Positions 29,943 to 34,160 of a stretch of DNA of 34,160 nucleotides are shown here, piece after piece. The position numbers were made by a program, and so were the translations under genes. The notes beneath the pieces are model-generated. The model had not been told where the DNA came from. It ran no database searches and saw only the letters and a program-made list of their open reading frames with translations. This DNA comes from a virus, in IMG/VR virus record IMGVR_UViG_3300022748_000034, positions 1-34,160 of that record; one strand, 5' to 3'. Numbering within the stretch: the stretch's first letter is position 1; the number at the start of each line of letters is the position of its first letter.

Positions 29943-29993
29943 GGTCGCCCTGTGATGACGCGCAGGGCATTCCCGGTCGCCATGTGATGACGC
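29943..29993. repeat. Two 19-nt direct repeats GGTCGCC(C/A)TGTGATGACGC, 32-bp period
   Basis: Copies at 29943-29961 and 29975-29993 (18/19 identical), inside a GC-rich non-coding island. Confidence 0.8.
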
Positions 29994-30190
29994 ATCCCCG
30001 GCCTGGGTCTGGGCATCGACGCAGTGCAGCACGGCCTAGACGCGCTGCCGTGGCCCTAGTGAGTGGGTCGAGGGGGGCTGTAGGGTGTGCCCCCCACATT
30101 CCCTCCCCCCAAAAAAATTTCTAGTTTTTGGCTAGATGCCGTAGGATGTGATTGCTGACAACGTGCAGTTGCCAGCAGCTCCAAGCACTT

Positions 30191-30218
30191 AGGGCTACCG
30201 TTGCGTAGCCCTTTTTTT
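30191..30218 (+). terminator. Rho-independent terminator
   Basis: AGGGCTAC-cgttgc-GTAGCCCT (8-bp stem, 6-nt loop) followed by a T7 run. It lies 39 nt upstream of the first late ORF. Confidence 0.7.
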
Positions 30219-30229
30219 GCCTGTAGTAT
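30201..30229 (+). promoter_or_regulatory. Candidate late-operon promoter overlapping the terminator
   Basis: TTGCGT (30201-30206), 17 nt, TAGTAT (30224-30229). Confidence 0.3.
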
Positions 30230-30256
30230 TGCGGTATAGAGTTACTAGGGTAGAAG

Positions 30257-30478
30257 ATGATTACTGATATAGCTGTTCAGAAGGGCTATGAGATGCCTGC
30301 TCAGCGGGTGGTGTATGCGTACCCGTATGAGGAGATGGAGGTTGGGGATTCGTTTGTTGTGCCGCTGTCTGCGAGGCAGAAGGTGTTGAATGCCAACAGC
30401 AGGGCGTCTAAGAGGTTGGGGATGCGGTTCAGTGCGAGGACTGAGGGTGATGTAGTCAGGGTTTGGCGAACAGGCTAG
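30257..30478 (+). CDS. First late-operon protein (73 aa)
   Basis: Contains YPYEEMEVGDSFVVP. Unknown function. Confidence 0.6.
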   Translation: MITDIAVQKGYEMPAQRVVYAYPYEEMEVGDSFVVPLSARQKVLNANSRASKRLGMRFSARTEGDVVRVWRTG

Positions 30479-30488
30479 GGAGGCGACT

Positions 30489-30743
30489 ATGCGTTCGGAA
30501 TGGCTTTGGATGGATGAGGATGAGTTACGGGCTGAATGCTCGGCATTGCTGACAGAGCTGTTCTATCTGGCGACATTGCATCAACTGGAAGTAAGACAGG
30601 CGTACAGGAATGGATTTGCAGACGGGAAATGCCCCGCAGGGGCTTTCACATATGGACAAGGACAAAGACCTTGTACAGATGGAATTGTTGGAGAGCCGAC
30701 GCAGACTCAAATACGAAATGCAGAAGGCTTTGTCCTGCATTAG
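30489..30743 (+). CDS. Hypothetical protein (84 aa; C-terminus doubtful)
   Basis: GGGAGG SD. The N-terminal 45 aa look helical and the C-terminal 40 aa look non-protein-like. They overlap the next ORF, which is in the +1 frame. Confidence 0.4.
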   Translation: MRSEWLWMDEDELRAECSALLTELFYLATLHQLEVRQAYRNGFADGKCPAGAFTYGQGQRPCTDGIVGEPTQTQIRNAEGFVLH

Positions 30744-30897
30744 TCCGAAGGCCAAGCGGTTATTGGCTGCGGAATGGCGAGAGAAGTATTCAGAGCTTTT
30801 CTACCGGGAACTGATTAACTGTGCGAAGAACAAGGTAGTCGCTGTGACGATTGCTGATTGGGATTTGAACGGGTTTGACAAGAAAAGGTCTAAATGA
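30652..30897 (+). CDS. Helical protein upstream of terL (81 aa; possible small-terminase-like)
   Basis: MDKDKDLVQMELLESRRRLKYEMQKAL... Its stop overlaps the terL ATG (ATGA). The start could instead be 30610. Confidence 0.45.
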   Translation: MDKDKDLVQMELLESRRRLKYEMQKALSCISPKAKRLLAAEWREKYSELFYRELINCAKNKVVAVTIADWDLNGFDKKRSK

Positions 30898-32648
30898 ATT
30901 TCGACCTCAAGAAGTTCTACAAGTTCTGCTCCGAACTGAAGATTGAAACCAAGGAGGAGGGCTTGAAGAAGATGGGCACTCTCCTTGGCACACAGACCTA
31001 TGTGATGGAGGAGATTGCTAAGGGTCTGCAAGACGATGTGCATTTCTTCGTCATCTTGAAGGGCCGTCAGCTTGGCATCACGACCATTTCCCTGGCTCTT
31101 GACCTCTACTGGCAATTCACGCACCCCGGCTGGCAAGGTACGTTGGTGGCAGATACAGAGGAGAACCGAGACATGTTTCGTTCGACTCTTGCTATGTACA
31201 TGGATGGTCTACCCAAGGAGTACAAGATTCCCTTGGCGGCCCACAACAGGAACCAGATGGTTCTCAAGAACAGAAGCCGACTCTTTTACCAAATCGCTGG
31301 TAACAAGGCTCGCTTGGGGCAGGGCAAGGCTATTACTTACCTTCACGGTACAGAGACAGCTTCCTGGGGCAACGAGGAAGGCTTGGCATCTTTGATTGCT
31401 TCTCTGGCTGAGAAGAACCCTGAGCGCCTGTACATGTTTGAGAGTACGGCTCAGGGCTTCAACATGTTCCACGACATGTACAAGACAGCCAAGAAAGCCA
31501 GAACGCAGAGGGCTATCTTCTGTGGCTGGTGGCGCAATGAGTTCTACAGCGTCCCTGGTGACTCTCAAATCTACAAGGTCTATTGGGATGGCAAGCTGAC
31601 CAGCGAGGAGAAGGAGTGGGTCAAGGACATCAAGAAGCTCTACGGCGTTGAAATCAACTCCCGGCAGATGGCGTGGTGGCGCTGGAAGATGGCTGAGGGC
31701 ATCAAGGACGATGCGCTGATGTACCAGGAGTTTCCTCCCACTGAAGACTATGCCTTCGTGATGACAGGCACTTCGTTCTTCAGCCACACGCGCTGTACGG
31801 AGGCTGCCAAGGAGTCCAAGAAAGAGAACCCGGAGTATTACCGCTACGCCTTTGGGCAACTGTTCCAGGACACCGAGGTACTCAAGAGTACGGAACGTAT
31901 GGCCTCGCTCACCATTTGGGAGCAGCCTGTAGACACAGCCTACTATGTCATCGGGGCTGACCCTGCCTACGGTTCCTCAGATTGGGCTGACCGCTTCTGC
32001 ATTCAGGTCTACAGAGCCTACGCTGATGGCCTAGAGCAAGTCGCTGAGTTTGCTACCTCGGAACTGAACACCTACCAGTTCGCCTGGGTCATCGCTCACC
32101 TTGCCGGAGCCTACAAGAACAGCACGCTGAACCTGGAGGTCAATGGCCCAGGTCAGGCTGTCATCAATGAAATCAGGAACCTCAAACGCTTGGCAAGCGT
32201 CATGGGCGGCGACCTTGGCTACGGCTTGATGGATGTCCTGGGTTCCATGCAGAACTACATCTGGCGGCGCAACGACACGCTCGGCGGCCTGTCCAACAGC
32301 ATTGGCTACCTGACAACCAGCTCGACGAAGGAGCGCATGCTCAACTACATGAAGGACTACTTCGAGCGCGGGATGATGAAGGTCAGGGGCATGGAGCTTC
32401 TGGAGGAGATGAAGGGCATCGTGCGTGAGAACGGCTTCTTGGGCGCACCAGGGCGCGGCAAGGATGACCGTGTGATTGCCTCAGCCTTGGCTGCCGTTGC
32501 CTTTGCTGAGCAAGTGCAGCCCCGCCTCATCGCTATGAAGATTACGAAAGAAATCAGCAAGGCTCAGGAAGAATTCACGCCTGAGCAGATTGCTGTCGGC
32601 AGAAACGTCAGTGACTACCTCAAACGCATAGGACTCTACGGACAATGA
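30894..32648 (+). CDS. terL: Terminase large subunit
   Basis: 584 aa. Has a Walker-A-like ILKGRQLGITT, LHGTE, and nuclease-domain motifs VIGADPAYGSSDWADRFCIQVY and GKDDRVIASALA. Confidence 0.9.
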   Translation: MNFDLKKFYKFCSELKIETKEEGLKKMGTLLGTQTYVMEEIAKGLQDDVHFFVILKGRQLGITTISLALDLYWQFTHPGWQGTLVADTEENRDMFRSTLAMYMDGLPKEYKIPLAAHNRNQMVLKNRSRLFYQIAGNKARLGQGKAITYLHGTETASWGNEEGLASLIASLAEKNPERLYMFESTAQGFNMFHDMYKTAKKARTQRAIFCGWWRNEFYSVPGDSQIYKVYWDGKLTSEEKEWVKDIKKLYGVEINSRQMAWWRWKMAEGIKDDALMYQEFPPTEDYAFVMTGTSFFSHTRCTEAAKESKKENPEYYRYAFGQLFQDTEVLKSTERMASLTIWEQPVDTAYYVIGADPAYGSSDWADRFCIQVYRAYADGLEQVAEFATSELNTYQFAWVIAHLAGAYKNSTLNLEVNGPGQAVINEIRNLKRLASVMGGDLGYGLMDVLGSMQNYIWRRNDTLGGLSNSIGYLTTSSTKERMLNYMKDYFERGMMKVRGMELLEEMKGIVRENGFLGAPGRGKDDRVIASALAAVAFAEQVQPRLIAMKITKEISKAQEEFTPEQIAVGRNVSDYLKRIGLYGQ

Positions 32649-33301
32649 ACATTGAACGATTCAAGGCTTACAACAGCCGCGCCCTGTCGACCGTCTACTC
32701 TGAGCCGGACGAGGGCTTCCATGCCCAACTGATTCCCGATATGGTCAAGCAGTTCATGACCCCCCTGAACTTGCCCAAGCACTCCTACATCCTGGACATC
32801 GGCTGCGGCGGCGGCTTGTTCATGACTCTGGCAAAGGACTTGGACTACACGAACGTCATCGGCGTCACGCTCAGCCCTGAAGACGCCAAAGTAGCCAACG
32901 ATAAAGGCCACAGCATCGTTGAGGCTGACATGTCTGACCTGCCCTTTGGGGATAAGTCTGTGGACTTCATCTGGTGTCGCCATGCCATCGAGCATTCGCC
33001 GTACCCGCTGTTCACTCTGTACGAGTTTTCTCGCGTCCTGAAAGACGATGGCTACATGTACCTGGAGGTTCCTGCCCCCGACTGCGACCGGATACATGAG
33101 GCTAACCCCAATCACTACTCCGTTCTCGGCGAGCGTATGTGGCTGTCGCTCCTCGCCAAGTCCGGGTTCGAGGTCAAGTTAGCCAACACGGTTCAGTTCA
33201 TGCTGCAAATCGGGGACAGGGCCGTGCCTGAGAAGAACATCATCTATGTGGTGAAGAAGAATGGAACTGCTGAGCAAGGCAGAACTGAAGCGGCAAATTA
33301 A
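32645..33301 (+). CDS. Class I SAM-dependent methyltransferase (Methyltransf_11-like)
   Basis: 218 aa, ATGA-coupled to terL. Motif I ILDIGCGGGLF, acidic loop VIGVTLSPED and motif post-II DMSDLPFGDKSVDFIWCRHAIEH. No DPPY/NPPY or cytosine-C5 motifs. Confidence 0.7.
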   Translation: MNIERFKAYNSRALSTVYSEPDEGFHAQLIPDMVKQFMTPLNLPKHSYILDIGCGGGLFMTLAKDLDYTNVIGVTLSPEDAKVANDKGHSIVEADMSDLPFGDKSVDFIWCRHAIEHSPYPLFTLYEFSRVLKDDGYMYLEVPAPDCDRIHEANPNHYSVLGERMWLSLLAKSGFEVKLANTVQFMLQIGDRAVPEKNIIYVVKKNGTAEQGRTEAAN

Positions 33302-33665
33302 GAAGTTCCTTGCTGACAAGGAAAGGGTCATCAGCATTGCCCTTTTTGCCGAGCTTGCAGGGATTACGAAGACCCATTTGCTCGATGTCTTCCATCTGGA
33401 GAAGGAACCGCTGACCGAATACGTCCAAAGACGGGTCAACAAGGCGTTTCAGGCGGTCAAAAACGGGGAAGTCAGGGTCATGCAGAACCGGAACAAGACC
33501 CGTTTTGTGGAGTATCGGAGGGAGCCAAAACCCCCGATTGAACCCAAAATGGGGCTAAAAATGACCTCAGAAGGGGTCAAATTGCGTGTCGGCATGGTCA
33601 ACCGGCATGACTACAGTCAACCAGACCTAGATGAAGCACTGAGAGGGTCAAAATGGCGGTCTTGA
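33261..33665 (+). CDS. HTH-containing protein between terL and portal (possible DNA-recognition/small terminase candidate)
   Basis: 134 aa. Has HTH-like ISIALFAELAGITKTHLLDVF. Overlaps the methyltransferase gene by 41 nt. Confidence 0.5.
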   Translation: MELLSKAELKRQIKKFLADKERVISIALFAELAGITKTHLLDVFHLEKEPLTEYVQRRVNKAFQAVKNGEVRVMQNRNKTRFVEYRREPKPPIEPKMGLKMTSEGVKLRVGMVNRHDYSQPDLDEALRGSKWRS

Positions 33666-34144
33666 AAGATTATTTTTGCTCGACACACGGCATTTTTGAG
33701 GCATGGGAGCCAAAATGCCCCATGAAACTGTGCAAGGGGGAAATCAGCGTGGTTTTCCTCAAGCCTGTAGCCATGAAGTCCGAAAAAACCAAGGCGACAG
33801 ACAAAAATCTGGACAATCTGGCCCTAGATTTTGGGATGACGGACATCAAGAAGACCCATGAGGGCGAACACCAGACCGGCTACCTCAAGCGCAACAACAA
33901 ACTGACCGACAAGCAGTTTGAGGAGGCCACGGCAGCCATTGAGCAGCGTCAGCCGCGCCCCGGCGACAGCGTGATTTGGGGCGGCGGGGGCAACATCAAC
34001 ATGAAATCCGTGATGAACGGACAATTCAAGTCGGTTGCTGGCGAGCCGGTGGGGGTCAACCCGAAACAGGCGGGCAACTTGACGGGGCCGAAAGCCGCAT
34101 CGTATATTGCAGACCACGAAAATCTATCGGTTAGCAAGCCATGA
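33653..34144 (+). CDS. Hypothetical protein with N-terminal Cys/His cluster (163 aa)
   Basis: Has CSTHGIFEAWEPKCPMKLC. Its stop overlaps the portal ATG (ATGA). The last 111 nt are duplicated at 1-111 by the assembly overlap. Confidence 0.6.
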   Translation: MAVLKDYFCSTHGIFEAWEPKCPMKLCKGEISVVFLKPVAMKSEKTKATDKNLDNLALDFGMTDIKKTHEGEHQTGYLKRNNKLTDKQFEEATAAIEQRQPRPGDSVIWGGGGNINMKSVMNGQFKSVAGEPVGVNPKQAGNLTGPKAASYIADHENLSVSKP

Positions 34145-34160
34145 GAATTCCAACCGACAG
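34034..34160. repeat. Terminal direct repeat copy 2 (circular-assembly overlap)
   Basis: Identical to 1-127. Confidence 0.9.

Noticed and set aside
30072-30110. G-quadruplex on the minus strand (GGGGGGAGGGAATGTGGGGGG)
   Set aside because: There are only three separated G-tracts. A four-tract G3 quadruplex would need zero-length loops, so this is more simply part of the G/C-run hairpins of the island.
29809-30124. ORFs 29809-30099 (-) and 29921-30124 (+) in the divergent control region
   Set aside because: They have no SD and their translations are R/P/G-rich with no structure. The region is better explained as a GC-rich repeat-bearing non-coding island.

Overview
The window is a complete, circularly closed genome of a small tailed dsDNA phage with podovirus-like architecture. 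Bases 1-127 are identical to 34034-34160, which looks like an assembly overlap, so the unique genome is 34,033 bp. Two divergent, tightly packed transcription blocks meet at a ~580-bp control region (29675-30256). The rightward late block starts at 30257 and wraps through the contig ends to 22713. In order it carries small ORFs, large terminase, a class-I SAM methyltransferase, an HTH protein, portal, tiny polybasic ORFs, scaffold, major capsid, adaptor and nozzle-like proteins. These are followed by several fibre-like proteins including a Gly-rich one, four large internal-virion/ejection-type proteins, a second fibre cassette with a C1q/TNF-like head, holin, M15 endolysin and small basic proteins. 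The leftward early block runs 29674 to 22710. It carries a chain of ATGA-coupled mini-ORFs, a self-contained promoter-to-terminator cassette, and a free-standing RNA polymerase alpha-CTD-like protein. Next come a YqaJ-type exonuclease plus RecT-type annealase, a small HTH, a mini-SSB with a DEDIPF tail, a secreted Cys/Thr-rich peptide, RusA and a glycosyltransferase. I saw no DNA polymerase, primase/helicase, RNA polymerase, integrase, CI-like repressor, tRNA, rRNA, transposase or CRISPR array. The items most worth follow-up are: the alpha-CTD-like early protein; the autonomous promoter/structured-region/terminator unit at 27815-28145; the promoter-proximal terminator with a candidate small RNA in front of the late operon; the CTAG-rich and GC-rich control region; two paralogous 13-14-aa polybasic micro-ORFs in the head module; a secreted Cys/Thr peptide; and an ejection-type protein with (Thr-x)n and (x-E-P-P)12 repeats. 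All functional calls rest on motif recognition by eye and gene context. No database search was possible.
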